Assembly: GCA_965222375.1 (NCBI GenBank)
Contig: CBDCTZ010000015.1
Location: forward strand, 1,376,001 to 1,440,000
DNA length: 64,000 nt
Direction of reading: 5' to 3'
Origin: Polyangiaceae bacterium
GTDB lineage: Bacteria > Myxococcota_A > Polyangia > Polyangiales > Polyangiaceae
Position numbers and translations under genes: made by a program. The notes beneath the pieces were generated by a model. That model was given only the letters and a program-made list of their open reading frames with translations. It was not told the origin of the DNA and ran no database searches. Shown here one piece after another: positions 37,247-48,300 of this stretch. Positions within the stretch are counted from its first letter, which is position 1. Each line of letters begins with the position of its first letter.

Positions 37247-38079
37247 CTGGTCGAGCAGAAACCTTCATGCCTCTCGAGGTATTCATCGCGCTCGGCGCAG
37301 CGGTGATTGTGCAAGCGTCGTTCACTGTCTTGCTAGTCGCGGCCGGTGCGGCAGATGCGAAGATCGTGGCGAAGGAAGAGGCCGTCGTCAAAGAAGAGCC
37401 CATCGCCGTGAAGCCCATCTTGGACGACGCTCCATTGATGAAACTAGGCGGCAAGAAAAAGCTGCGCGCAAAACTTCCTGACATGTGGAAGAAGCTGGCT
37501 CCCGTTCCGCAATCGGTATTCAAAGAGTCCAGCGCACCATCCGAGAAAGCTGAAGATGATCCTGCGGCGATTCCGTCTTCCGCCGTCGCCACGGGCGACG
37601 CGGAGGCACCGCCGCCGGATGCGCAGACGACCGACGGCGCAGCGTTGGTCTTGGATTCGGGGCTCAACCCGGAAGGCGGGGACCCCAAGGAGTCCGAGGT
37701 GGTCGGGGAAGGCTCGCCGGACGGCGTGAAAGAAGGCACCACCACCAACCCCTTGGAAGCCAACTGGGCCAAGACCTATCGGATCAAGATCCTCAGCTGG
37801 TTCAACGCACGATTTCGCCCTCCAGTGGGCGCTGTGCCCTGCGAAGAGCTCAAGAAATTGACTGCCTTGGCCCAGGCCAACGTCTCACCGAACAGAACCG
37901 TGACTGGATATACCCTCTCGCAAGCGAGTGGCAACGGTACCTTTGACGCCAAAGCCCGCGCCGCCATGGACGGCATGGTGGGGCAGCAGCTACCACCCCC
38001 TCCGCCGCTGTGTACGACCTGTAAGGTTCCTTCTGTCGTACCTGTTCGGTTCTCTGGAAAAACGCCTCAATGCAAATGA
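37243..38079 (+). CDS. tolA: TolA/TonB-like energy transducer
   Basis: N-terminal TM; Pro/acidic linker; SGNGTFDAKARAA...LPPPP TonB-C-like domain; lies between tolR and tolB. Confidence 0.75.
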   Translation: MTGRAETFMPLEVFIALGAAVIVQASFTVLLVAAGAADAKIVAKEEAVVKEEPIAVKPILDDAPLMKLGGKKKLRAKLPDMWKKLAPVPQSVFKESSAPSEKAEDDPAAIPSSAVATGDAEAPPPDAQTTDGAALVLDSGLNPEGGDPKESEVVGEGSPDGVKEGTTTNPLEANWAKTYRIKILSWFNARFRPPVGAVPCEELKKLTALAQANVSPNRTVTGYTLSQASGNGTFDAKARAAMDGMVGQQLPPPPPLCTTCKVPSVVPVRFSGKTPQCK

Positions 38080-39407
38080 AGCAAACCTTCGCGCTCCTGT
38101 GTGGACTGACTCTCATTTCTTTAAGCTCGCGGTCAGCAGCTGACCCAGGAACACAACAGTCAACAGATGAAAGCTTACTCGGCGAATACGTCGTCACCGG
38201 CACCGTGCAGCAGCACATTCCCAAGATCGCGATCCTGCCCAGCCTGGCACCGGACATGGAAGACGTGACCCTGCGTGGCGTCGTGCGTCGCGATATCGAG
38301 CTCTCGGGGCTCTACAACGTCATCCCCGACAAGAAAGCACCGCCCGGAACCTACGGCTTCGACGACCCGGTCGACGTCGACGCTTGGCGCAAGTTGGGTG
38401 CGGAAGCCATCGTCAAAGTCGCGGCTCGCAAGCACAAGTCTGGCAAGATACAGGTGTTCGGGATCGCCTACTTCCCCGCCGTGGGCAAGGACGCGGTGTA
38501 CGAGAAGACCCTACTCGTGGACGCAAAGGACATCCGCGTCACATCGCACCGAATAACCGACGCTCTGCTCGGCGCTCTGACCGGTCGCCCCGGCGGCTTT
38601 GCCAGCCACTTCGTATTCAGCGGAAAGTGGGGCAGGAATCGACGGATCTTCAGCATGGACTCGGATGGTCACGCCTTGAAGCCCATCACGAATCCGAAGC
38701 TGACCGCGATCGCCCCCACCTGGGGGCCCAACGAGTCCATCTTCTACACCCGCAGCAAGAACTACTCACCATTCCGACTGCTGATGTGGACGGGGAAGAA
38801 GTTTTTCAGAATCGGCGCGCCCTTCAAGACCAGCATCTACAGCGTGGCCTTCAACAAGGACCGCACCAAGATGGCGTTGGCCGTGGCTTACCGAGGAGGC
38901 AGCTCCATCTACGTCGGCAACCCCGATGCGAGCGGGATGAAGAAAGTGTCGACGACCATACTTTCTACACACCCTGCATTTTCACCGAGCGGCAAGTTGG
39001 CGTGGATCGGGGGCGACCCGAACAAGCGCGGTAGCCAACGCGTCTATGTCGACAACAAGGCCGTCTCGCCAGCGGGCTTTACCGCCGCGGCGCCCACCTT
39101 CTGCGATACCGAGGACGGGATCCGGCTGGTGTATTCGGTTGCTGTGTACGGGGACAAACAAGATCTAGTGATGAGCAACGAGAAAGGTCAGGGCATCGCG
39201 CGTCTGACCCGCAACATGGGCACCAACAAATACCCAGCGTGCAGCCCGGATGGCCGCCTGATTGCGTTCTTCTCGAACCGCAACAAGAAGCCTGGCGTGT
39301 ACTTCCTGAGTTTGAAACGCTGGCGCACTATCAAGTTGAACAGCCAGTTCGGATCCGCTCTACGTTGGGAGGCGCTACCACCACCGCCCAAAGGCGCGGC
39401 GCCCTAG
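38076..39407 (+). CDS. tolB: TolB-like beta-propeller protein
   Basis: RRDIELSGLY N-domain; HRITD...LTG; PD40-type motifs PTWGP, PAFSPSG, PACSPDG; ATGA overlap. Confidence 0.88.
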   Translation: MKQTFALLCGLTLISLSSRSAADPGTQQSTDESLLGEYVVTGTVQQHIPKIAILPSLAPDMEDVTLRGVVRRDIELSGLYNVIPDKKAPPGTYGFDDPVDVDAWRKLGAEAIVKVAARKHKSGKIQVFGIAYFPAVGKDAVYEKTLLVDAKDIRVTSHRITDALLGALTGRPGGFASHFVFSGKWGRNRRIFSMDSDGHALKPITNPKLTAIAPTWGPNESIFYTRSKNYSPFRLLMWTGKKFFRIGAPFKTSIYSVAFNKDRTKMALAVAYRGGSSIYVGNPDASGMKKVSTTILSTHPAFSPSGKLAWIGGDPNKRGSQRVYVDNKAVSPAGFTAAAPTFCDTEDGIRLVYSVAVYGDKQDLVMSNEKGQGIARLTRNMGTNKYPACSPDGRLIAFFSNRNKKPGVYFLSLKRWRTIKLNSQFGSALRWEALPPPPKGAAP

Positions 39408-39526
39408 CTGCTGGAGATTGGGAATGAGAGGCGATTGGGTCTGTTCGGATCCATCGCTCCAGGAAAAGGAACCTGGCTCCCTCGGCATGGCGCCCGTCGC
39501 CCCCGGGGAGGCCGCGAGTACGGGTA

Positions 39527-40516
39527 TTACTGAAACAGGGGGCCAGCTTCGCAGACGTAGGAGTTGTTGTGCCAGCTTGGGCGATCTCGCCAGCTACCGC
39601 CGCTGTCCATGGCCGCGCGGCGCCCACTGCAGTCGGGTTCGTTGTTTGCCCACTTCTGATAGGGCTTGGGCTCCCCCGTGGTCCACTTGAAATTCGCCTT
39701 GCCGAAGCACCACGCGACGATGGCGTCACGCGACAGCCCAATCCAAACCGCGGAGAGATTCGTGCCCCCGAAGGCCACGGACTTCACGTGGTCATTTTCC
39801 GCCTTGGAGTGGATGGTCGCCAAGTAGCCGCTGTTGTTGGAACAGTCCTTTCGGGCGTCGTCGAAGTTCTTGCCGGAGGTGACGAGCCAATAGCAATGGG
39901 TTTGGCCTTGGACCTGGAACGCCTGACTCCCCGGCCACTTCGAGCAATCCAACCCGGTGACCCCCCCAGTTCCACCGGAACCGCCGGTGGCAACACCGCC
40001 CATGCCGCCGGTGGCAACGCCACCGGTGCCCACGATTCCGCCGGTACCGCCCGTCGCTACACCGCCCGTGCCGCCGGTCGCTACGCCGCCCGTGCCGCCG
40101 GTCGCTACGCCGCCCGTGCCGCCGGTCGCTACGCCGCCCGTGCCGCCGGTCGCTACGCCGCCCGTGCCGCCGGTCGCTACGCCGCCTGTGCCGCCGGTGA
40201 CGACTCCACCGGTACCCAGACCACCGGTACCCAAACCGCCGCTGCCGAGTCCCCCGGTGCCTAGTCCTCCGGTTCCAAGGCCCCCAGTCCCCAAACCGCC
40301 TGTCCCTGAGGCCCCTGAAACGCCGCCACTGCCCCCCGTACCAGCCACGCCTCCAGTGTTGATTCCACCACCCGTCGCAGCGGCGCCGCCGGCGGATGCG
40401 TCTGTCTGACCGCCGCCGGCTCCGGCCGAGCCGAAGGCGACAGAATCACCACCCGAGTCCAAGCCGCAGCCCAGGGCGGCAAGGCCCAGCGTGAAAAGGA
40501 TAGGGAACCGTTTCAC
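39527..40516 (-). CDS. C-type lectin domain lipoprotein with long Gly/Thr repeat stalk
   Basis: Lipobox ALGC; HCY...ARKDC...GYLATIHS..EN...WIGL...WANNEPDC...YVCE. Confidence 0.85.
   Translation of the reverse strand: MKRFPILFTLGLAALGCGLDSGGDSVAFGSAGAGGGQTDASAGGAAATGGGINTGGVAGTGGSGGVSGASGTGGLGTGGLGTGGLGTGGLGSGGLGTGGLGTGGVVTGGTGGVATGGTGGVATGGTGGVATGGTGGVATGGTGGVATGGTGGVATGGTGGIVGTGGVATGGMGGVATGGSGGTGGVTGLDCSKWPGSQAFQVQGQTHCYWLVTSGKNFDDARKDCSNNSGYLATIHSKAENDHVKSVAFGGTNLSAVWIGLSRDAIVAWCFGKANFKWTTGEPKPYQKWANNEPDCSGRRAAMDSGGSWRDRPSWHNNSYVCEAGPLFQ
40044..40187 (-). repeat. 24-bp coding tandem repeat (GGVATGGT)n
   Basis: gtgccgccggtcgctacgccgccc perfect at 40068, 40092, 40116, 40140; near-perfect at 40164; degenerate at 40044. 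Confidence 0.9.
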
Positions 40517-40632
40517 GGCGTTGATTGTACCCGGAAGCCATGTTCAGGCCAGCACTTTGGCCCGCGGGCCGTGCGCAGATTGCCCTACACGTGGTGTCCG
40601 TTCAGCGTGGAGGAACGCCCGGCTCGCGCAGG

Positions 40633-41220
40633 TCAGACGAAAACACCAGATAGCGCCATAGGGATTTGCGCGTTGCCAACGATCTTGATCCGCCCAGACA
40701 TCGCCAGCTGCATCGGGTTCTGAGCTCCGGTCTGCATCTCCATGAAGTCGTTCATTTTCACCTCCAGGCGACACTCGGCGTCACCCAGCTTCGGCTCTTG
40801 AGCACCTGGTGTGACAGCCAGATGGTGCGTGGTGCCATCGGAATCGATGACAAACGCCACACTGCCGACAATACCCTTCACGAGCTTCACCCGCTCTTCG
40901 TCGACGCTGAGCACCTTGAACGCCAACACCTGGTGCTCTGCGCCAATCGGCGCGCCCTCTTGCTGTATAGCGCCTTGCACGAAAATGGATGCGAAGTCCG
41001 CCTCGGCCGCTGTGACCTGGAGCACGACATCGTCAGCCATACCTGGGCTGACGATCAGTTCCCCGTCCTTGATGCGCATACTCCACTCGCCGACGTCGAT
41101 GATGCGAAATGTCATGCAGCCGTTCGACGACTTGCCAGCCAGACCCTCCTTCACAGTCTCGAACCGTGCGGGGATGTACTCGGTGAAGAAGGCCTCGGGG
41201 CTGTCGGGGATGTCGCTCAT
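40633..41220 (-). CDS. SCP2 sterol/lipid-binding domain protein
   Basis: DFMEMQTGAQNPMQLAMSGRIKIVGN signature; probable second SCP2-like N-terminal half. Confidence 0.8.
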   Translation of the reverse strand: MSDIPDSPEAFFTEYIPARFETVKEGLAGKSSNGCMTFRIIDVGEWSMRIKDGELIVSPGMADDVVLQVTAAEADFASIFVQGAIQQEGAPIGAEHQVLAFKVLSVDEERVKLVKGIVGSVAFVIDSDGTTHHLAVTPGAQEPKLGDAECRLEVKMNDFMEMQTGAQNPMQLAMSGRIKIVGNAQIPMALSGVFV

Positions 41221-41267
41221 CGCAGCGCGCATTGTTCACGCCCTGAGCCCCGCGTCAACGCCCTCGG

Positions 41268-42590
41268 TCACTTCACGACGGTGGTGCAGCCGACCAGGAT
41301 CTCCACCTTGGCGTCCTTGGCCTTCTTCACGTCTTGGCAGGCCTTGCCGATCAGGACGACCTGGTCGTTGGCATCGTAGTCCCAACAGCCATCGTTGGTG
41401 CAAGAGTCCCCAGGGGTGGAGTCCGGGCGCTTCTTCAACTTCACCTGATTGCCATCCGTAGTGACGACCACGTTGACCAGTCCCTTGTCGACAGTCTGAC
41501 CGCCTTGAGGTTCGGGCAGCTTGTAGGCGCAGCCCAGCGCCTGACCGCGGGCCTGGCCCAAGGCCAGGGCCAGGGCCCCAGCGTTGAAGTTGCCCTGGGT
41601 CAGATCGAAGTGGCACGACGCCGCGGGATCCCCGGCGCCCTGCAAATAGGCCCCATCGCAGCCGGCTGGCACAGTGTCCGGTGAGCCCGCCTTCGCGAAA
41701 GCGGAAAGCGCGCGGCGCACGGAATAGGGCGGCGCGTCAGGATCGCCGTTGTTGGTATCCGCCCCGGGCACACCCACGATGTAGGTGCGAACCGGGAAGA
41801 CCGGATCGTTATAGGCACTGCTCAAGAGCTGGACCACGTTGTTCGGGTGCTCCCAATCCGGGCAGCCCACGGGATCCATGTAGCCAGGTCGAGTTGGGTT
41901 GGCGATGGAGGTGCAACCAAACCCACCGTCGGTGATCAACACGATCGCTCGCGTCCCTTGCAGCGGGTAGATCTGGAGGGCCGCAATGGCGCCCTTCAAC
42001 GCCGCGTAGCCAGGGGTGCTAGCGCCGGAAGCAGCGGGAGGGTTGGTTCCGAGATAGTTGTAGATCTGCTGGCGCACGCCGGGTTGATTGCTCTTCGCGG
42101 TCAGCGTGTCGCCGAGCGGCACTTGTGGCAGCGCGCTGACGGCACAGCCGACGGGAAGGGCGCCGCCCAAGAGGCATGCGGGTCCAGGCACGTCGCCCGT
42201 TGGGAACGCGAGCAACCCGAGCGCGATGTTGTCGAATGCGGTGGAATCGATGGCCTGCACGATCGCCAGCTGGGCCGCAGTCCACTTGTTGCCCTGATTC
42301 ATGCTCGAACTTTTGTCGAGCACGATGGTGAAGGCTGCCGGTGCCTGCTTGGCTTCGGCGGTGAATTGCGCACAGCTCGACGCGTCGGGAATGCCCGAAT
42401 CGATGGCTCCAGAGTCACCTCCGGTCGAGATGGCTCCCGTCCCCCCAGAGCCAGCGGAGCCAGATGCACCGCCGCCACCTCCGGTTCCACCTCCAGAAGT
42501 CGAAGCGTCACTGCACGCAGCAGCAGTTAGCGCAGCGCTAGCAGCGAAAACGGTCATACCGGCCAGTGTTCGCTTCAGGGTCATCTTCAT
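41268..42590 (-). CDS. vWA-domain lipoprotein (CglB-like)
   Basis: Lipobox AAAC; Gly linker; VLDKSSSM MIDAS; VLITDG; shared C-terminal Cys module; alternative start 42584. Confidence 0.85.
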   Translation of the reverse strand: MKMTLKRTLAGMTVFAASAALTAAACSDASTSGGGTGGGGGASGSAGSGGTGAISTGGDSGAIDSGIPDASSCAQFTAEAKQAPAAFTIVLDKSSSMNQGNKWTAAQLAIVQAIDSTAFDNIALGLLAFPTGDVPGPACLLGGALPVGCAVSALPQVPLGDTLTAKSNQPGVRQQIYNYLGTNPPAASGASTPGYAALKGAIAALQIYPLQGTRAIVLITDGGFGCTSIANPTRPGYMDPVGCPDWEHPNNVVQLLSSAYNDPVFPVRTYIVGVPGADTNNGDPDAPPYSVRRALSAFAKAGSPDTVPAGCDGAYLQGAGDPAASCHFDLTQGNFNAGALALALGQARGQALGCAYKLPEPQGGQTVDKGLVNVVVTTDGNQVKLKKRPDSTPGDSCTNDGCWDYDANDQVVLIGKACQDVKKAKDAKVEILVGCTTVVK

Positions 42591-42637
42591 CTCCGATTTG
42601 AGAAAAGCAGGTAACTCAGTGTAACACGGGGCAAGAG

Positions 42638-43165
42638 ATGGGCTCCGATCCTGGCGAATCCCCGGACGCTGCCGAGCCGCCGAAAGCGGATCAGCGCCCG
42701 CGACCCGTGCGGCAACGTCGGCCGACCACGCCGACGAAGGCTTTTCTTGGACGCTTCATGATGGGGCACTTGCTTGCCTACCCGGTAGGGTTCCTAACGG
42801 CGGTGGCCGCAATGCCTTTGGGCATGGTGTTGCGCAGGGAAGAGCTCATGAACGCAGCCGCGGTTGGCGCGGAGAATCGCTTCATCCGCGAAGCTGCCGA
42901 AGACTTGGCACTCTCGCCACTGGAAGCGGCCCAGGTCGAGCTCGTGTTGGAGGTGTGCCTTGGCGCGAGCCTAGTCGCCCTGCTTCTGGTACATCTGTGG
43001 AGCATTCCATGGGCCATCGGAGCTGCGCGGGCAGTCAAGGACCCCGAAGCGGGCGCCGCGGCGGAGCGTCGTGGTTATCGGCTCTTCGGGGTGCTCACGG
43101 CAGGCACCTTCGTCTTGGTCGGTGTCGGTGGTTTGATCAGTTGGATCTGGGTGCTATCGCTGTAA
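42638..43165 (+). CDS. hypothetical membrane protein (3 TM)
   Basis: Three hydrophobic segments. Confidence 0.7.
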   Translation: MGSDPGESPDAAEPPKADQRPRPVRQRRPTTPTKAFLGRFMMGHLLAYPVGFLTAVAAMPLGMVLRREELMNAAAVGAENRFIREAAEDLALSPLEAAQVELVLEVCLGASLVALLLVHLWSIPWAIGAARAVKDPEAGAAAERRGYRLFGVLTAGTFVLVGVGGLISWIWVLSL

Positions 43166-43229
43166 GCCGTCAGCCAAATGAATGCGTGTGGGGGTGTTTG
43201 CTACAATGAAAGTGTTGCTCGGAACATTC

Positions 43230-44048
43230 ATGGCCTTTCGAAAATCTGGCATCGCGTTCGCCGTGCTCTTCGCTGCGTCCGCCTGCGGTTCTAAAGAGGA
43301 CTCCAACGATCCCACGCCCGACGGAGGCGGCGGTGGGCCCACGGTGTTGGATGGTGGCGGCAAGATCCCCGATCCTCCCGACGGGGAGGCCGCGTGCCAG
43401 CCCGGTCCCTGCAACTACCAGAAGCAGGACTGCCCCAGTGGCCAAGCCTGCGTTCCGACCACCACCCCACCCGCGAGCGGAGACTGGCCACCCGCTTGCC
43501 AAGTCGCCGGTACCAAGACGGCGGGACAAGAGTGCGCTGGGTGGAATGACTGCGAGACCGGGCTCTTCTGTGCTGGCGTAGGCGTGTGGCCCGATGGCGG
43601 CGTCAAGCCCGGCACATGCCAGAAGCTTTGCTGCGGCGGAGACTGGTCTGCATGCGGCGCGGGCGAGAGCTGCTACCGACAGCTGTTCTTGCTACGACCG
43701 GGCGCAGCGCCAGGCTCGGATCCGGTTTATGCGGGAGCGGATCTGTGCGGAGCCGTTGGCGGTTGCGACCTGTTCGACGCTGACTCCTGCCCCGATCCAA
43801 GCAAGAGCTGTCAGCTCGTCGATCCCCGCGGAAGCGTCGCGTGTTTGCCCGAGGGAACCGCCGGGCTCGGCGAGCCTTGCTCCACGATCACACGTTGCAA
43901 GTCGGGCAGCGTCTGCAAGGGTGCGCGCTGCCGAAGGCTGTGCCGAGCCGTCGAAGGGGGCTCACCCATGTGCCCGCCCGACGAAGGAGTCTGCGTTCAC
44001 TTCGCCACGAATCCCGAAGGCGTCGGTGAGTGCACGCAAGTGCTGTAA
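43230..44048 (+). CDS. Cys-rich repeat lipoprotein
   Basis: Lipobox ASAC; two copies of a C...AGT..AGxxC...C..GxxC...CxxLC module. Confidence 0.8.
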   Translation: MAFRKSGIAFAVLFAASACGSKEDSNDPTPDGGGGGPTVLDGGGKIPDPPDGEAACQPGPCNYQKQDCPSGQACVPTTTPPASGDWPPACQVAGTKTAGQECAGWNDCETGLFCAGVGVWPDGGVKPGTCQKLCCGGDWSACGAGESCYRQLFLLRPGAAPGSDPVYAGADLCGAVGGCDLFDADSCPDPSKSCQLVDPRGSVACLPEGTAGLGEPCSTITRCKSGSVCKGARCRRLCRAVEGGSPMCPPDEGVCVHFATNPEGVGECTQVL

Positions 44049-44087
44049 ACGCGTCAAAAGCGCGGGTGCACGCAGCAGCGCGTGTAC

Positions 44088-44387
44088 TTACTTCATCAAA
44101 TCCGTGATCGCATGCGTCTCACGGGCACCCAGCAATCCGAATTGGACCCCAAACCCACCGGGCTTGTTCCAACGAACAACCCCGGGCAGTCGAGCTTCAC
44201 CGTCCAACCCAGGTAGCCGCGTTACGATGGTGACGTTGGTGCCAAAGGGCGGAGCGGTATCCGCTCGAACGAACATGCCGCCGAGGGAGATGTCACTAGC
44301 CGACCCCTCGAGGGGGGGGGCATCCGGCAGCTCGCACACCAGATCGAGGTTTGTTACGACGCGAGGGTGTTGTCGTTTTTCCTGCAC
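44088..44387 (-). CDS. PilZ domain protein (canonical c-di-GMP motifs)
   Basis: RQHPR (RxxxR) and DISLGG (DxSxxG). Confidence 0.9.
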   Translation of the reverse strand: MQEKRQHPRVVTNLDLVCELPDAPPLEGSASDISLGGMFVRADTAPPFGTNVTIVTRLPGLDGEARLPGVVRWNKPGGFGVQFGLLGARETHAITDLMK

Positions 44388-44483
44388 GGTATCCTAGGGC
44401 CCCGCTCTGACGGGGGATCCGAAGCTATCGTGAGGCCCGACGAAGTCAAGACATCAAAGGATCGAGCCAGTGCGGGCTCGATC

Positions 44484-45365
44484 GTGAAGCCTGGGCGCAA
44501 GCGCCGCTGGTCTCGGCACATCGAAGGTTGGCCGCTTGGGGTTGTGGCGGTCGGCATCGCGCTGTTAGGCGTCGTCTTCGGTGTGCCCCGCGCCGCACCG
44601 CCGGATCGTCTGCCCATGCCGCGGGTTGACATCAACGCCCTCGCACAGGACGCGCAGGCGGACCGGGAGCGGGTCGCAACCCTTGCGTCAACGCCACTGC
44701 CCTTCGACATTCGATCCATTGGCGAGGCGGTCCGCAACTACGGCGATGCCGTAGCCAAGAAGGATGTAGACCGGGCAGTGGGCTCCCTGCGTGAAGCTCG
44801 CGGGCTTGCCCGACGGCATCGTGACGAGCCAGCCCTGCTAACCCTGCGAGCAGTGCAGACCAAGCTGTTCCTCGAAGCACTGCGTCGCTTCGAATCAACC
44901 GGCAAGCCGGACCAGGAGCTGACCGAGCTAGGCGAGCGCTTTGCCCACAAGGCAAAAGAGTCCGGCTGGGTCCGAGCGGATGGGACCCTCGTCCCCACGG
45001 AGCACGAGCGTCGAGTCATGTTCCAGATCCGCTGGGCGGAGCTCTTGGACGTCCGGAAAGACAAAGCGTTCGCGCCGAGCGCCAATCAGCTAAGAGCGTA
45101 CTATGGGTTCCTTCTGGCCCATCCGGAGAAGGGCACGCCGTCCGAGGCTCGCATTGCGGTGGTGACGGCCATCGAGCGTGTCGATCTAGCCTACCCGGGC
45201 CTTTTCGCCCGGGGAGTGTTGTTTTATCGCGCCGGGCGGTTCGACCTCGCGGAACGAGCGTTTCGCGGACACCTGATGAAACAACCTGGCAGCCTGCGCT
45301 TGCGAGCCCAAAACCACCTGGCTGCGGCCATCGCGAGACAGAAGCCCGACACCTGGGATGAGTGA
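44484..45365 (+). CDS. Membrane-anchored protein with TPR-like C-terminus
   Basis: TM WPLGVVAVGIALLGVVFG; ARGVLFYRAGRFDLAERAF; overlaps mfd start; start uncertain. Confidence 0.7.
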   Translation: MKPGRKRRWSRHIEGWPLGVVAVGIALLGVVFGVPRAAPPDRLPMPRVDINALAQDAQADRERVATLASTPLPFDIRSIGEAVRNYGDAVAKKDVDRAVGSLREARGLARRHRDEPALLTLRAVQTKLFLEALRRFESTGKPDQELTELGERFAHKAKESGWVRADGTLVPTEHERRVMFQIRWAELLDVRKDKAFAPSANQLRAYYGFLLAHPEKGTPSEARIAVVTAIERVDLAYPGLFARGVLFYRAGRFDLAERAFRGHLMKQPGSLRLRAQNHLAAAIARQKPDTWDE

Positions 45366-48300
45366 GCTCGCGCAAAGCCCGGAGGCGGCGGTCATCGTGC
45401 CGGCGTTACCGGAAGACCGCCGCGTCCTCCGCATGGAGGAGGTGGCGCGCATCGCTCTGTCGGCGCCAGGACAATACCCCGTCGTGCACGCCGAGGGCTG
45501 CGCCTCGGCTTTGGTCGCTCGCGGGCTCGCGCTGCATGGCGCGAAGCACGTAGCCGTCGTGGTGAGCGATAGCGAGGCCTTGCGCACGGTGGCCGCCGAC
45601 ATTGACGCGTTGTGCCAATCCGCTTTCGAGGTGGCTAGCCTCAGTCGACGAGTCGATGCCGCGGGCTCCGCCCTCTTGATCCCAAGTCCAGAAGCACTGC
45701 CCTGGACCGAGGTGCACTCCGACCGCAAAACAACTCTGGAGCGGGTTGGCTCCCTCGCACACATCGCTTCGGGTCGGGACTTCCGCTTCGCGGTCATGGG
45801 TGCGAGTGCGCTGATCCGATTATGCGTTCCCAAGCAAGCGTTGGCAGCCGCCAGTGCCGAACTGAAGAGCGAAACGGAAGTCGACGTCGAATCCCTGAGC
45901 GAGCGCCTCGCCAATGCTGGCTACTTGCGCGTTCCGGTGGTGGAAGATCCGGGCAGCTTCGCTGTGCGCGGCGGCATCCTCGACGTGTGGCCGCCGAATA
46001 GCCGCCGCCCCGCGCGCGCAGAGCTCTACGGTGATCTGATCATCTCCCTGAAGCACTTCGATCCGGAAGACCAGCGGACTCAAGACGGTGTGGAGCGGGT
46101 TTGGCTGCCTCCGTGTCGGGAGGCAATCCTGTCACTAGACGCCGAGGTTCGAGCACGACAAGTACTGCGCTCTTTGTGCGACGAGGAGAACTACCCAAGC
46201 AGCAAGGCGCGTACGCTGATCGAACAGGTCGCTGAAGCTCGAGTGTTCTTCGGTGCCGAAGCCTATTTGCCAGCCTATTACGACCTCCAACCCATCTGGC
46301 AGCTGCTGCCGTCGGATACGGTCTTCGTCGTCGAGGAACCCACTCGGGTCGTCGAAACCCTCCGGGACGAGCTGGAGGCGGCACAAGCCGCCGCCCAGAG
46401 CAGCGACGGAAGGCCCAAGTTCGGCTTTGACTCACTGTTCGCATCCGAGCAGGCGGTGGCCCACGCCATGTCCGAGCGTAGCGTAGTCCTGGCACATCGA
46501 AGCGGCGTGCTGGGTACGCCCGAACAACTAGACAGCTTGGACGCTTGGCAGTTGACCCACGCCAACACGCCAAGTGTGCACACCTTGGCGCAACCGGATC
46601 TGAAAGCGACGGCAGGCAAAGGCGCGGGCAAAGGCAAACATGGCGTGCTCGACCGAGTGCTGACGCGGCTCGATGCCTGGCACGAGGCGGGAATGGAGGT
46701 CGTGCTCACAGCCCGCACCGAAACCCAGTCGGAGCGCTTGCAGACCCTGTTGGAGCACCGAGGCGTCACCGCCGGGCAAGGCGGCATGCACGTAGTCACG
46801 TCTCGGCTAGCTCGAGGGGTCATCGCGCCTGCAGAGCAAGTGGCCATCCTGACCGAAGAAGAGATCTTCGGGCGCCGAACCCACCGCAGGACCGAGAAAA
46901 CCAAAAGTGCGCGGGCCGTACTGGAAGATCTGCGCGCTCTGACGGTTGGCGACTACGTCGTGCACATCGAACACGGAATCGGGCGCTACCTGGGCCTGCA
47001 GAAGCAGAGCATCGGGGGCGTCAACGTCGAACTTCTGGTCGTCGAATACACCGGGGGCAAGTTGTTCCTGCCGGTGTATCGACTGAACCAGATCCAGAAG
47101 TACTCCGGCGGTGAAGGTGCCCCAAAGGTGGACCGCCTCGGCGGCCAGAGCTTCGCGAAGACCAAGGCCAAGGTTCAGAAGCGCGTTCGTCAGATGGCCG
47201 ACCAGCTGCTCAAGCTCTACGCGGAGCGCGCCGCCCTCACCAAGTATCCGGTGGATCCACCCGACGACGAATTCTACGCCTTCGAAGCGACCTTCCCCTT
47301 CGAGGAAACTCGAGACCAAGCCGCCGCCATAGCCGAAGTCCAAAAGGACCTCGAGAAGGAACGCGTCATGGACCGATTGGTCTGCGGCGATGTGGGCTTC
47401 GGAAAGACTGAGGTGGCACTGCGCGCGGCGTTTCGGGTCGCCATGGCGGGGCGCCAAGTCGCTCTGCTCTGCCCGACCACGGTGCTGGCTCAACAGCACT
47501 TCCAAACTTTTTCGAACCGGCTGGCCGGCTACCCGATGGAAGTGCGAATGCTCTCGCGCTTCGTGGGCAAGAAGGACCAAACCGAGACGGTGCGCATGCT
47601 GCGAGACGGCACTGCGGACATCGTGGTCGGCACTCATCGCGTGCTGAGCAAGGACGTACACTTCGCCAACCTGGGGTTGCTCGTCGTGGACGAGGAGCAG
47701 CGCTTTGGCGTCACCCACAAGGAGCGCATCAAACAGCTCCGTGCCTCGGTGGACGTGCTCACCCTGACCGCCACACCAATTCCGCGCACTCTGCAGCTTG
47801 CCGTCGGTGGGCTCCGAGACATGTCCCTCATCACCACGCCCCCGGTGGACCGCCGCGCCATTCGCACCATCACTTCCCGCTGGGACGATCAGATCGTGCG
47901 CGAAGCCGTGATGCGGGAGCTCTCGCGCGGGGGACAGGTCTTCTTCGTCTACAACCGCATCGAAGGTCTGTACGAGCGGGCGCAGCACCTTCAGACGCTG
48001 ATCCCCGAGGCGCGCATCGGCGTTGCCCACGGACAGATGGGCGAAGCGCAACTGGAAAAGACGATGCTCGACTTCGTCGAGGGGCGCCTGGACATATTGG
48101 CGTCAACCGCAATCATCGAGAGCGGCCTCGACATTCCCCGAGCCAACACGATGTTGATCGACCGTGCGGACCTCTTCGGCTTGTCTCAGCTCTATCAGCT
48201 CCGCGGCCGCGTGGGTCGCTCCAGCGAACGCGCCTACTGCTACCTGCTCGTGCCACCTCCGAACAAGATGTCCGATGAAGCTCGCAGCCGTATCGAAGCC

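Noticed and set aside
46807..48051. Long antisense or alternate-frame ORFs (also 4..1221, 10832..12178, 12350..13282, 57650..58513)
   Set aside because: Shadow ORFs expected from high-GC codon bias opposite well-supported genes
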